A stretch of DNA of 64,000 nucleotides from Antedon mediterranea (taxonomy: Eukaryota > Animalia > Echinodermata), in NCBI RefSeq assembly GCF_964355755.1, contig NC_092680.1:3038001-3102000 (forward strand), written 5' to 3'. The notes beneath the pieces were generated by a model. The model saw only the letters and a list, made by a program, of their open reading frames with translations. It had not been told where the DNA came from and made no database searches. Shown here piece by piece: positions 1 to 13,500 of this stretch; within the stretch, counting starts at the first letter, position 1; each line of letters starts with the position of its first letter. The position numbers and the translations under genes were made by a program.

Positions 1-647
1 TGTCAGACATACACGTGTAAAGCTAAATACATTAAATAATCAGAAATAAATAAATATTTCTACAATTAAAAATTAACCCTTTTTGGTTTTGTTGTTGATT
101 AAGTTCATGACAGGCAAGACTTGACCACTTTATTTTTTAAGACTAAAAAGAAAACTATACTTTTATCGGTAATCTGAGTAGAATTACATCCTAACAATAT
201 AATGGACAAAATCAATGTTACCTTATATGGTATATGGTTTTAACATCCAAGGTTGTAGCGAGAGGTTAAAAAAAGAAGCAACGATACTTTAAATATAATT
301 ATTAATATAAAATATGACGATCTGTGCAGGGAAATTGTAGGAGGGGGGGGGGGGGGGCCATCAAAATTGAAAATTGCCGGCTGGCTACGGCCCTGACATT
401 ATAAACAGTTGAAATGATTTACATAGACTGACACTAGTATAACAAAAATCATTGATATACACAAAAATAGTTGAAATATGTTAACATGAACATCAAGATG
501 GGAATTAAAACGGATAAAACCTTACAACCTTGGGAAACGAGGCAATACTCAATGCTAGCTCTTTTAAGGGTAAACATTTTAAATGGGGTGAGATGATCTA
601 CATTTGCTTAGAAATTACACAAACCAATAGTTATGTTTGTAGTGCGA

Positions 648-738
648 GTGCTAGTTTACCTGGATAAACCGACAATAACTCTTTCTCCTTGAAATGCGAG
701 AAAGGGCTATTTTCGGTTTATCCAAGTGAACTAGGCAC
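648..738. repeat. Imperfect inverted repeat, ~40-bp arms with a ~10-nt loop
   Basis: gtgctagtttacctggataaaccgacaataactctttctc / gagaaagggctattttcggtttatccaagtgaactaggcac. Confidence 0.8.
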
Positions 739-1120
739 GAAATAGACTAGATAATACCATCACCATTTAAGTCCATAATACTGTGTACCAATAATTACTA
801 TTAAATACCAAATTAACCAAACAAGTATAATTAGTAGATATTCATTAATTTTCATCAACAGTTACAATTAATACCCAATCATAACATTTTTGGTACAATA
901 ACGATCTTAATTATTAGATGTGGATTTTTAAACATTTCAATACTAACACAACTTTCAAACTTAAGAGTTAGTAAGATGCAAATTTATATCACAATGATCA
1001 AGGTAATCTGGGTAAAAGTTGGTTATAATAAAGATTTAAGGAAAACAATTTAAAGTGGAAAACTAGAGAAATCAAAACAAGGCTTTAGTATATCCTGTGA
1101 AGCAGTCTCAATGTAACTTA

Positions 1121-1262
1121 AGCTCTGTCCACACTATCAAACTTTATGTGCCCATATATGGACATGATGATGTCATATCACTACCATATTTGGGCATATC
1201 ACTACCCTATTTGGGCACATCACACTTTTTTTAAACACTAGTTTGATAGTGTAGACAGAGCT
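1121..1262. mobile_element. Harbinger/Tourist-like MITE, family 1
   Basis: TIRs agctctgtccacactatcaaact / agtttgatagtgtagacagagct, TTA on both flanks, internal repeats atcactaccatatttgggc. Confidence 0.8.
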
Positions 1263-1559
1263 TTAAACTAGTCAACCGATCTGAATCTAACAAGATTTAA
1301 CTAGCTGCATATAGCAATTGGTTATGGCTTTATTCATCAGTCACACACAGTAAAATACACAGTATTTAAGAGATATATATCACTTTAAGTCAATACATTT
1401 TTTAATTCCTTTAAGCTCTATCAGAGATTATTAAGTTGTTATTATAACTATTAAGTGTAAACGGCCAATGGAAATAAACGCCACCAAGACTAAATGACAT
1501 TGAAATTGCTTCACATTGATGACACAAAGCCTACTGCAAGATTTTATTTATAACGGTTA

Positions 1560-4500
1560 CTAGAATACACCAGCAAAGATGGTAAGCACAAGCGACAAAA
1601 TGACGACAACGGCGCTAGCCGCAGCTTGACTGGATCCACTAACAGACATGCAGGTGACCGCTTCGTAGGATTTCAAGTATTCTTGCCCAGCCCATTTCTG
1701 ATAGGTATTCTTCTCGCCAACATCGACCAACTTGATGGTTGAATCCTTAAATATCAAGTCCTTGCCAGAATAGTCGGCCGAGTCAAATATCTTGAACCTT
1801 GAACCGGTTTCATCTGCAAACAGCCTCTGTAAAATTAAATAATTTCATCAGTATACATCTTTTAGATTTAGATTCAATTCAACATACAATGAAAAAGTAA
1901 ATATATAACTATCAAACTAGAGTACACTAAAACATTTAAAACAAACAACCACATATTAGGGAGGTTTCGAAACGCTAAGAATATGATAATGAAAACAGAT
2001 ACGCCACACACAGTACTCGTTTTTGTAAGCCAGTAAAAATCTATCTATCAAACTTTACGAGACAAAAAATGATATATCATCACTACGATATTTACAGTAA
2101 ATCACTACCATATTTGGGCACATCATACTTTTTTTGTCCAACTATAGTAATTGATCAAACCAGGATTTTCACTTTTACCTACCTGTCCATTATTAAGCAA
2201 GTTCCAGTATTCTTCTTTGTATGCAGTTGATTTGGAACCGGAAGTCATGACAGCATGCGAGGGAACACGAGCTAGGTTGCAATTCATCCACTCGTCAATT
2301 GACTTCCTTGTACCGTCTGGACAAAGTAGTTCATAATCTGCTTTATTTAATCCAGCAGCCCAAGAATCCATGTTGTTACCACCGGTGTTGTCGCCAACTG
2401 TGACATGCTTCACGAATGCAACTTCTCCGGCATCTTCTACTAAACACCTATGTATTAAGCAGCAGATAAAATGTTACAACAATACCAGATTTTTTAAATA
2501 AAGTAACTCCAAGTTAACAACTTTTAAAAGAGTAGTAACAATACTTTTTAAAATGGTGGCCAAACGATAAAGTATGGTGTTTTTTTTTAAATACATCTAA
2601 ACTTAGAGGTTGCTATTTAAACAAATCTTGGCAGATTGTGCGACATATTTCCCACCCAGTTAAATAAAAGGGGCCTAGTTTTTTTGTATATCCACAATAA
2701 TCGGGAATAATTAGCATAGAGATGCCACAAAACTACGCATTTATCGGGAGTCTTGCGAAGTCTGCTTACCTAAAAGAGCCAGTGTAACCACTGTACGGCT
2801 CAGCGTCATTGCGTACACAAAAGTTATCACCTTCACCAATACACAGTTCACACAAACTATCAGGATTAGTGCTGTGTGGATCATAAGTAGGAGTTTTAGC
2901 GCCAGGAACACAGCTTGCAGAGAAGTATTCACCTAATAAGGAAATAAGACATTTACTAATATACAGTATTATATTATGGCTCAAGCATTTAATGCCTAAT
3001 TGGCCACCACTGTGGTGTGCAAAACATTATTATTATTAATGCCCAACATCCAACAAATTCATATCAGTGGTGTAACAGCTATGAGCGCTCACTGGTTAAA
3101 CCCAGGGGCTCCAGAGCTTATAGGAGCCCTTTAGCAGTGCCCTGAGGAAAAAACAGACATTAATGAAAAAGGCTAAAAATGCCCAGCCTCTAGCGTTGGC
3201 AGGCAACTTAGGGTTCCTAAACCAAAGGTCTCAGACCTTTGAGTTACACCACTGATTCAAATGTTCATGTATTGTATTTATTGTTATTTAAGCCAGGAAA
3301 ATTATAGTGATTCTTTGCAGAAGCACATTTTAAACATAGTGTATGCCTCATGCATTGTCTTGTTTGTAAGAGTGGACTTCAATAACAATTAAATTTGTTT
3401 ATTTTTTAAGGAATATTTTTTTAGCTTACCAACAGCAGCAGGGACATTACAATCATCATGCGCAACCGAAATCTCTCCTTGATCAACGAGTGTTCCAACC
3501 GGCACAATCCAACCGGATGTCTTCATTATACCAGTATGACAAGATTTACGTCCTTTCAGATCCTTAAATCCAAACGAGGTGCTTTTCTTGGCTACAGCGA
3601 CAGCCCAGTAGGTTGCCGACTCGTCACCTGTACCATAGTCTTCTCCGGCAACAGGTTGTAAATTGTACATATTGCCGCCGGTGACAATATCAGCTCCATC
3701 TAGGGTAACAAGGTCTGCTTGCCCATCTAAAAGTAATCAATAAATATACCGTAATCTCCTCTCTCTGGCTTTCTAAATTATTCTCAAAGAGAAGCCGATC
3801 TCAAAATAAAGCCCACTGGACTTCTTTTTTAAAATAAACTTTATTTGAATGTCAAAAGAGTAGAAATGTGTATTTTATTTATTTGTGTATTTTAATTTGT
3901 CTCAAACCAACATTACAGTAATATATTGTTTGAAGGTTTTCATGGCAAAATCAGATGTTGATATAATTTGCAGTACACCCCGTATGTTAGTTCTGAAAAG
4001 AACTGTTGAGTTTCTCAACGTTTTGATCAATATGCTTTGATCGTCCTAATATACGTGGTGTACCGCAAACTTATATCAACAACATTACAGTACTTGTGCA
4101 AAACATAGCAATGCATAATTATGTCTCGCATATAAACGTTATGTATTATAATGATCATTTTCATTTGTTTTAAAACAGTCAAACATTTGTAATCAATCCA
4201 TTCACTTATTGGAGAATGACACATGCTTTGAAATTAACTAGGGTAAGAACAGAACTAGCATTAAAGGTCTTTTACACTTGCTCTGGTCAGGCTTCAGTTC
4301 AGGTTCGCATCATTGCGTCTACCGCATGAGCACCTTACATGCATATTAAGTAAAAAAATGATTGGGAGCCTAGCAAAACATTGAGATTCGATTAAATTCC
4401 TGGAGCAGGACCGGAGCTGGCGTGAAAGACGTTTTATTCATATACAGGAAAAAGCTCCTAGACATTATATGCTTAGCTTAGTTCCGCTTTGAATCAACTA

Positions 4501-7500
4501 TATGTTTATACCTTTTATCATTTTCATACACTGGTCATGATGGTCAGCCCTAGCACATGAAATATCCGGCTTTAAGTTCTCACTGGTAAAATTACTCCTC
4601 ATAGCTTGACATTTGTTATACTCCGCATCAGATATGACACAAAAACGAGCAGTTCCAGATGGACATGCTGTAAGGCCTATATGTAAATCAAGAAAACCAT
4701 TTATACCAATATTTAATAAAATCTTGTTATTTTAATATTTTAAAAAATAAGTAAAGTAAATAATTTTATTTGGAAATTAGTAAAATAATTTCTAAAGAGA
4801 AGGAGATATGCACCACTGGGAGATATGCCTGTGTATCATTTCACTATGAGTACTACTACTGTATCTCATCTGCTACGATCCTCTAGGTCATAGGACAACT
4901 AGAACTAGTAAACAAAACAAGGAATATTGCAAATGAATACTAAATTTGACATGGAATCATGTATATAATTTAATCTCTTTATTAAAACCTAATTACCAAT
5001 TAGTAACCATACATTTTAAGTTATTAATAAATAAACTTGCCTCTGATAGTAAGCAGATATGCTTCACCAAGATATTCCTCATAATCAGTGCTTTCTGTGT
5101 TCTTTAACATTATGGTGCTGTCTTTAAACATCAGATCTGTTCCTTGGTATGCCTCTGATTCAAACATTTCAAACAATGGATTGTCATCAGCAGCAAAAAA
5201 TACCTAAAAATAATTCAATATTTCATTTTCAAATAAAATCATCTTAGTTTAATAATATTACAGTTCACCCACCTATCTGAACACCAGAAAATCGCCCAAA
5301 AATTAGACATTTCTTTAGGTACAAAGGGCTTCAAATTCTTTTTTAGCATTAAAAGACATTGAGAATAACTGGAAAACCAATATTAAGCCAGCCCAAGTTA
5401 TATTGAGAGCGTCGACGGTATTTTTTTTTTTTTTTTGTATTTGCAAGAAAGCGGTCTACAATGAATTTCCATATGTACCAATAAAACATAACACTACACT
5501 TTATAGTAACAGTACTTCCTTTTTATGTTATACTTTAAGCCTGGTTTCCATAAATTGCTACATGACAGAGCATAGCGATTCTATGGAAACGCTAGAATAT
5601 ATCGGGGATCTAGTACGCGAGCGCTAAATATTCTTTGGTACGCGTATACGATTCATCGCCGACAAAATCGGCAAAGTTGAACATGGTTGAACTTTGCCGA
5701 TTTGACTGCGAAGAATCGGCGACATCTGCGCGTGTAGCGATTTTAATGGAAACACTGTAGCGATTTTAATGGAAAGCAGGCTTTACATGCACAACCTTTC
5801 TGCAAGGCCCAATAAAATGGAATCTTGCAAGTTACATTTTAATATTGTCTTTGTTTATTAATGCTGTATGGACACAATACCTTGCAAATGATTTATCCAG
5901 GGACCAATAATATGGAATCTTGCAAGTTACATTTTAATATTGTCTTTGTTTATTAATGCTGTATGGGCCCCAATACTTTGCAAAACCTTTCTGCAAGGAC
6001 CAATAAAATGGAATCCTGCAAGTTACATTTTAATATTGTCTTTGTTTATTAATGCTGTATGGGCCCCAATACCTTGCAAAACCTTTCTGCAAGGACCAAT
6101 AAAATGGAATCTTTCAAGTTACATTTTAATATTGTTTTTGTTTATTAATGCTGTATGGGCCCAATACCTTGCAAAACCCTTCTGCAATGCCCAATAAAGT
6201 TGAATCTTGCAAGTTACATTTTAATATTGTCTTTGCTTATTCATGCTGTATGGGCCTAATACCTTTCAAAACCTTTCTGCAATGCCCAATAAAGTTGAAT
6301 CTTGCAAGTTACATTTTAATATCATCTTTGTTTATTAATGCTGTATGGGCCCCAATACCTTGCAAAACCCTTCTGCAATGCCCAATAAAGTTGAATCTTG
6401 CAAGTTACATTTTAATATTGTCTTTGCTTATTCATGCTGTATGGGCCCCAATACCTTGCAAAACCCTTCTGCAAGGCCCAATAAAGTTGAATCTTGCAAG
6501 TTACATTTTAATATCATCTGTGTTTATTAATGCTGTATGGGCCCCAATACCTTGCAAAACCTTTCTGCAATGCCCAATAAAGTTGAATCTTGCAAGTTAC
6601 ATTTTAATATCATCTTTGTTTATTAATGCTGTATGGGCCCCAATACCTTGCAAAGGATTTCTCCAGGGACCAATAAAATGGAATCTTGCAAGTTACATTA
6701 ATATTTTCTTTGTTTATTAATGCTATATGGGTGCAATACATTGCAAGGAATCTCTGTAAGTACCAATAAAATCTAATTTTGCAACTTTACTACTAACAGT
6801 ACTACATTTTTTTTTGGACATTGGCAGAAAGTCAACTACCCAAATATTATGGCCAATTTGAGATTTAAAACATGTGGCAGACAAATCAGGTTTTCTAAAA
6901 CAGGAATCTTCAAACAATCTTTATTATTTCACCTTGATTACTTTGGCTACGATTCAAACTTTAATATATCCGATTGTTTCACCAAAGGGAATTTACCTTT
7001 TTTAAGGATTATTTTGAGACAAGGAAGATTGTATCTACAATTTCTATTTTGAATAAGCTAATTTATTAAACGGAGAATTCTTATCACCAAACAGTCATGC
7101 GAGATCGTTATTAACTGACTGATCTCGCATTCGGCCGAGAACTTTCTATGATCTGATTGACAGAATGTTGTCATCAATGTTCCTTTATTTTACTTGCATC
7201 CATAGCAAGCAAATAGCTTATAATTACAGATACCTGCATAAGGCTTGAATTTTCTTCAAGGTGATAATGTGGGACCATATCGGTTCTCTCATACAGGTTA
7301 TATAGTATAATATTATACTGCATCTGTAGAACGTTTTGTGGGTACCCATTTTGTGTTAGACAGATGGCAATGAACAATGGATACCGATTTCGAATAAAAA
7401 CTGAAATGTATTTGTTAAACGTTTTCGTATTGTTATGACTTAAACCATAAAGAAAATACAGTTTGTCATTGCCGATTATTAAGCAAGGTCTACTATTTAG

Positions 7501-10500
7501 GCCTAGCCATAGCGCGGCTAGTGAGTGGGCCTAGGCCTAGCATTTTTTTTACAAATCTGTAAGTCGAAGTTCGCATACCTCAAATTTTTATACCGGTCCC
7601 ATTAGATTCGACTTAGGCGGAGTCGACTGTATTATTTCTAAACAGGACTCTGACATTGGTAAATATTTCAACCACTATTGTCCTTAGTTTTAGCTACAAC
7701 ATAACTTTTGGTTTATTGATTTCCAATGTTAAAAATGCATTTAAAATGTATTAAGAGTGTAGACTTTAATGCACGTTACAAATAGGATTGTTCCATTACC
7801 TGAGCATCAGTTAAAAGTTTACGGTATGAATTGATGTCATCCATAGTAGCAGATCGAGAGGTGACAACAGCGTGACCTGGTACCTGTAAAGACCAAGACC
7901 AAAACCATTAAATTCACTAAAGGTATGTTTACAAGAACAAGGCACTACAGCATTTCCAGCAAGAATGTACAAATTTGCATTCATTCTCAATGTGTAAAAT
8001 AAAAAAGTAATTGTTGCCTATTGAGACAATAAAGGCATTAACAAATAATGCTTCCCAATCACCAATGAATCAGGTCAAGTTAAGTTAATTGGTCAGATGT
8101 TTGGCCTATAAAAACAATTTTGTCAGAGAAGAACTTTTCTTACAGTTTATAACTGCTCATGTGGTTTTATAGCCAAGAATTACGATTAGATTCATAGCTA
8201 TCAAATTAAAGACATTTTGATTACAAACGATTAAATCTAAAGCTCTAGTTTGACAAAATAAGTGTGATGTGCCCAAATATGGTAGAGCTATGACATCATC
8301 ATGTCCATATATATATAAGCACATCACAGTTTGATAGTGTGGCCAAGGCTTAAAATACCCAAGCAAGGTTGCAGGCTGCAAACTCTTCTACGGGTTTCCT
8401 GGTTCCATCAGGACACAGGAGAACATAGTCTTCAGATCGGAGATCCTGTGCCCAGGCTAGAGGACTTTTGCCATCTGTGTAAGCTGGAACAGTCAGGTGT
8501 TTTACAAAGGCAACATCACCGCCATCTTCGGCCAAACATCTGAATAGAGAGAAAAAATATATGCGGCTTCAACAATCTGCAGTGGCTAAAAGGCTTTTAG
8601 GGGGTGCTTCTATTTTTAAAAGCGTAGTTTAAAAGAGCAGTATTTTGCTTACAAAAATTGATTAGCTTTAAAAAAACACAATTAAAGGAACCATCTTAGA
8701 CATGGTTTTTAAAGCTCTGTCTAAAATAACGAACTTTATGTGCCAAAAAAATGTGCCCATATATAGACATGCTGATGTCATATCACTACCATATTTAAGC
8801 ATCACACATTTTTTTTTCAAAACTAGTTTGATAGTGTGGACAGAGCTGGGAGCCAGTCCCCATCTAGCACTCCTCACATGCTGGTTATATAGTAAAATAG
8901 CATGGAAAGCTTACAAAACAAATAATAATTTTACCTAAATGCACCATGGTAATTGTAATATGGTTCGCTTGAGGATCGATCACATTTTAAATCGCCAACC
9001 CCAATGCATGATTTACAAAGAGATGCTGGGTTATCATTATTTGGGTTGTACTTCGACGAAAGAGCACCTAAAAAAGCAAATAATAAAATGTTAAATTATT
9101 GATTAATAACAATATTATGATACTCTTTTTAACAAGATAAAACATTTGAAATAGAATATAGAATTTGTAATCAATAAAAACGCAGGGCATTTAGTAGTTT
9201 CATGTCTTTATTACGAATGTATAAACCATGTGACCGGATTTGCAAGCTATAAAGCAACTTTAGAGGACAACGGAAATTCTACTTTTCATAATTCCCAACT
9301 AATACATATGCATGACACATGTATATTTCCTTTGTGTTTGTTCAAACCTTTTTTTTTGTGGTAATACTTTGTTTTTCTGTCGTGCTTTAGTTCTCTTAAA
9401 AGTATATGCATTAAATCTCATTACATAGGAGATGCTCTCCTTTCAAGTTGACTTGGGGTCAAGAGACTGTAAGTATCGGAATGAAAATTCAGCCCGCTCA
9501 ATCATGAATAAATAGTTTCAAATTGCGTTCTGGGTAAATCATATGAAGTAAAACCGTGTAATGAATGTAATGAATTCGTATTAGAAATTGTATTTTGTCC
9601 GAGGTATATTCTATCTAACATTCACTAAAGCCTTGTTTACACTATCAAGCTTTATTTGACAAAATAATGTGAAGTGCCCATATATAGACTTGTCATCATC
9701 ACTACCAGATTTGGGCATACTACCAGATTTGGGCACATAACTACTAGATTTGAGCATATCACTACTATATTTGGGCATACCACTACCATATTTAGGCACA
9801 GCACACTTTTTTGTTAAACTAGTTTGATAATGTAGACAGAGCTTTTAAACAAACATACATTATATACAGTTTTATCTAAAAGATGTTACCTGGTGCACAG
9901 CTCTGACTAAAAAATTCGCCAGCTGATCTGATATCGCTATTACAGTCCACTACATCCATCAAACCTTCCCCAAGTAAGTATCCAACAGGAACGTTCCATC
10001 CAGCTGTCTTTTTTACGCCCGTATGACACGATTTTTTTCCTTTCAGAGAGTTTATGTTCACGCTTGTGTCACTCTTTTTGGCAACAGCCACTGCATAGTA
10101 ACCCAAACCTTTGAAAGAGAATTCATTAATGTAGTACAGTATTGTTATCAACATTCCAATATGTACCCCTGCGACACAAACACAAATTATTATTAATGTA
10201 CAGTAATGCTTTCAATATGTAAACCCATACACAAATGGCCTATACAAATTTAAACATAGTAATTTGTAGACAAAATAAAAAAGCAGGAATTTTAACAACA
10301 TACTGTACTATTATTTAATGTTATAAATGTTAATATTTGAGCAAATGAATTTCTCAATTTTTTTTATTCAAGATGTATTGTCCCCCAAAAACATGCACAA
10401 TAAAGATTAATAAAATCAGACTTTGAATAGACCATTTTGTAGTTTTAATCAAGTTAATCACTTCCGTATAAAAAAAAAACCGAAAAAATAATGTTTTCAC

Positions 10501-13500
10501 TTATAAAACGACAAAATAAACGGATTAATTAAACCAATTTGATCATTTTTGGCTTTAAATTACATTTTTTTTTCAGGTAAATACATTTTTTTTTCGATCC
10601 AATTTTTTTGTCAAAGTGGATAACTATTATTTTTTCAGGGGGACAATACATCTTTAATAAAATGTACTGATTATATACCAATTACTGATTTTTCTTGGAT
10701 AATTTTCACTGTACAACAAGGCAATATTTTAAAGCAATTTCTATTAGTAATTGGTCTAATAAATTAATAATAAATTACAAACATAAGTTTACAAAAAAAA
10801 AAAAAAAAAAAAATGAATGTTAAAGAATGCTAAAGAAACCAATTGAATTTTAAAACGGATATCAAACCATTATATTAATAATTATTTGTTTAAGAAGAAT
10901 TTGTTTTTTTAAGTTAATAATTAATTATGAATTTTCTTTGTTGGCACACTGCATTATGATTACAATATATTAACTTGAACTATCTTAGTCAACCAAGGTC
11001 AACTATGATATAAATCAAACAATTCCGAATATAAAATACCATCATTATATTGTTCAGCCATAACAGTCTTTACGTCATATTCAACACCAGCTCTGTAAAT
11101 GTCACCACCATCCAATGTGATCAAGTGTGCATCATTCCTATGAATCATCTTCAAACAATCCTAAAATTAGTCAAATAACAGGTTTTATTAAATAACTTTA
11201 TGGTCAAGATGCTCCAATTCAATTCAACTTTTATTTCAGATAATTGTCCATATGGTATACAATACTAAACCATTATCAGTTATCTCAGAATGCTTTAATA
11301 AGATTTAGCATGGGATGCCATTGTCATTGTCTACAGTACATAGTTTATTAAATTAGCACAAGCCGCATACTGTAGATCAAATCCATTCAACATTCAAAGG
11401 CTGTATGATTTGACATATGGTGTGCTGGCAAAACACAGTACTGTAATGTTGTGTTTGATAGTACATTACCGTACTTGTTAAGATATAGTCTCTTGTGGTA
11501 GGATGTCACACAGTCACAGAATATAAATTCAATACAACCAGCAAATATGGTTTGTCCAGAAACAGTTTTTATTCAATATTCAATGTAATACAGACTGTTC
11601 TGGCTATAACATATCAATAAAAAATAATAACAATTATAAATTCTACAAAGTTCCAATCTATCTCTTTTCTTATTCAATTTTTCTTATATCTTCTTCTTCA
11701 GTACATCCATATTTAAGTAATGGTCCTAATTAATATGCATGTACTGGGAGGGGACTATTTAGAAAAGGGAACATTCCTTGATGATGAGAAAACAGTGATT
11801 GATTAAGGATGTGGGTTATAGGAAAGTGAATAAAGAGTAGCTAGGGACAGGAAGAAACCACTAGGAATGTTAATAGATGGAGTAGGGAGAAATCAAGGGT
11901 TGTTGGCCTGATGGTCAGAGTGTTACATTATGATTGTGTAATAATAGTAGACATGAAAATAAAGTGAAAACTGGAAGCTGGACATAATAAAACAAAAATC
12001 ATCTTTTCTTCAAATCTATTTTAGGAAAAAGTAGTAACAATAACATTATACAAAACTGTTTCCAAAAGTATTTGTTTTTTGAAATTATAAATAGTATAAA
12101 TAATATTCAGAACATGATTTACAGTTGCATACAGTAATGTTTATTTCATAAGTATCCCATCGGGTTTACTAATCTTTGTCTGGAAACCATTATAATCATT
12201 CACGCCTTTGTTTTCTTCTAATTTATGACGGGGAAATTATCCAAATTACACAAACTGTTTCCTACAGGAGCAAACACAAACTGGACAACAGTTAAAAAGT
12301 CCCCTTTTTTCAACTGGGAAGATAGCCAACAATATTATACACAGAAGAGGATTATATACTTTTATTTAATTAATTTTTTTATGGCTAACGGATGTTGATG
12401 TAGTTCTGAAATTAAGTCAACAAGGGCTTCAAGAATGTTGTTTATATTCAATTTTCTTCCTATATATTGGATATATGCCATATGCACTTAACCTGAAAAG
12501 TCATAAACAGATCATCCTGTTTCTAATAGGACCTGTTTCTCGCACAAAAGGATGGTACAGTATTCCTCAAAACCAGTTTTGCTAGTTTGTTATATCAAAG
12601 ATCAAGATTCATGTATTTTAAAATAAGGATCTAGAAAAATGTTAAATGATGGGCCCATCGTTTGCACTGTAATTTTCAAAATTTCTGTAGATATGAAAAC
12701 TTTTTGTAATTAGCAATGTATATTTTTGTAGTCCGTTTTGTCATTATATTTTACCATGCTTGTTTTATTATTATGTAAAAAGCCTTTGAACATGTTCAGT
12801 CATGAAAAGACAGTATACATACTGTATATGTGGTATTTTAAATTCTAAAATAAATAAATATGAAATATTAAAATTTTTAATTTTTCAGTTGGAGATTCTA
12901 AACAAATCATTTTATTATTTGTGCACGATTTTATGTAAACTCATTGTACGACATTGGTATCCAAGATATGTGGACATTAACTGGTTGAATTGAGGTAGAA
13001 TCATGATCAGTATAATCAGAAACAGCTGCTATGCAGAAACAAGACAAATTTTGAATATAAAATATCTTAATCATTAAATCATTTTATTTTGCACAATGTT
13101 ATGTATCTGAATAATATGTGGATATGTGGACATTGCTCAAGCCTTGTCAACACTATCAAACTTGGCATGCTCATGATACTACCATATTTGGGCATACCAC
13201 TACCATATTTGGGCACATCACACTTTTTTGTCAAACTACTTTGATAGTGTAAACAGAGCTTTTAGTTGATTCGAGGTAGAATCATTATCAGTATAATAAT
13301 CAGCTGACATCAGCAACTGCAATGCTTCCCTGTACTTGAAAGATAACTTTAAACAATTAATTTTATCGATTACACATTTGGATAAGTAATAAGTAAACAT
13401 ATGACATTATTGCTTTGTTACTCATTATTGAATATCTTTAAAATTTACCGGAAAAATTATTTACTTTACAGTACTATCTTTTATTAATAATACAGTATTA

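Noticed and set aside
1-1559. Iron-responsive element in the MELTF UTRs
   Set aside because: I found no CAGUGN-loop hairpin on the minus strand here or just upstream of the ATG (searched by eye only).
5940-6720. 190-aa and 85-aa repetitive plus-strand ORFs
   Set aside because: By-products of a 96-bp (multiple of 3) minisatellite, antisense within a MELTF intron.
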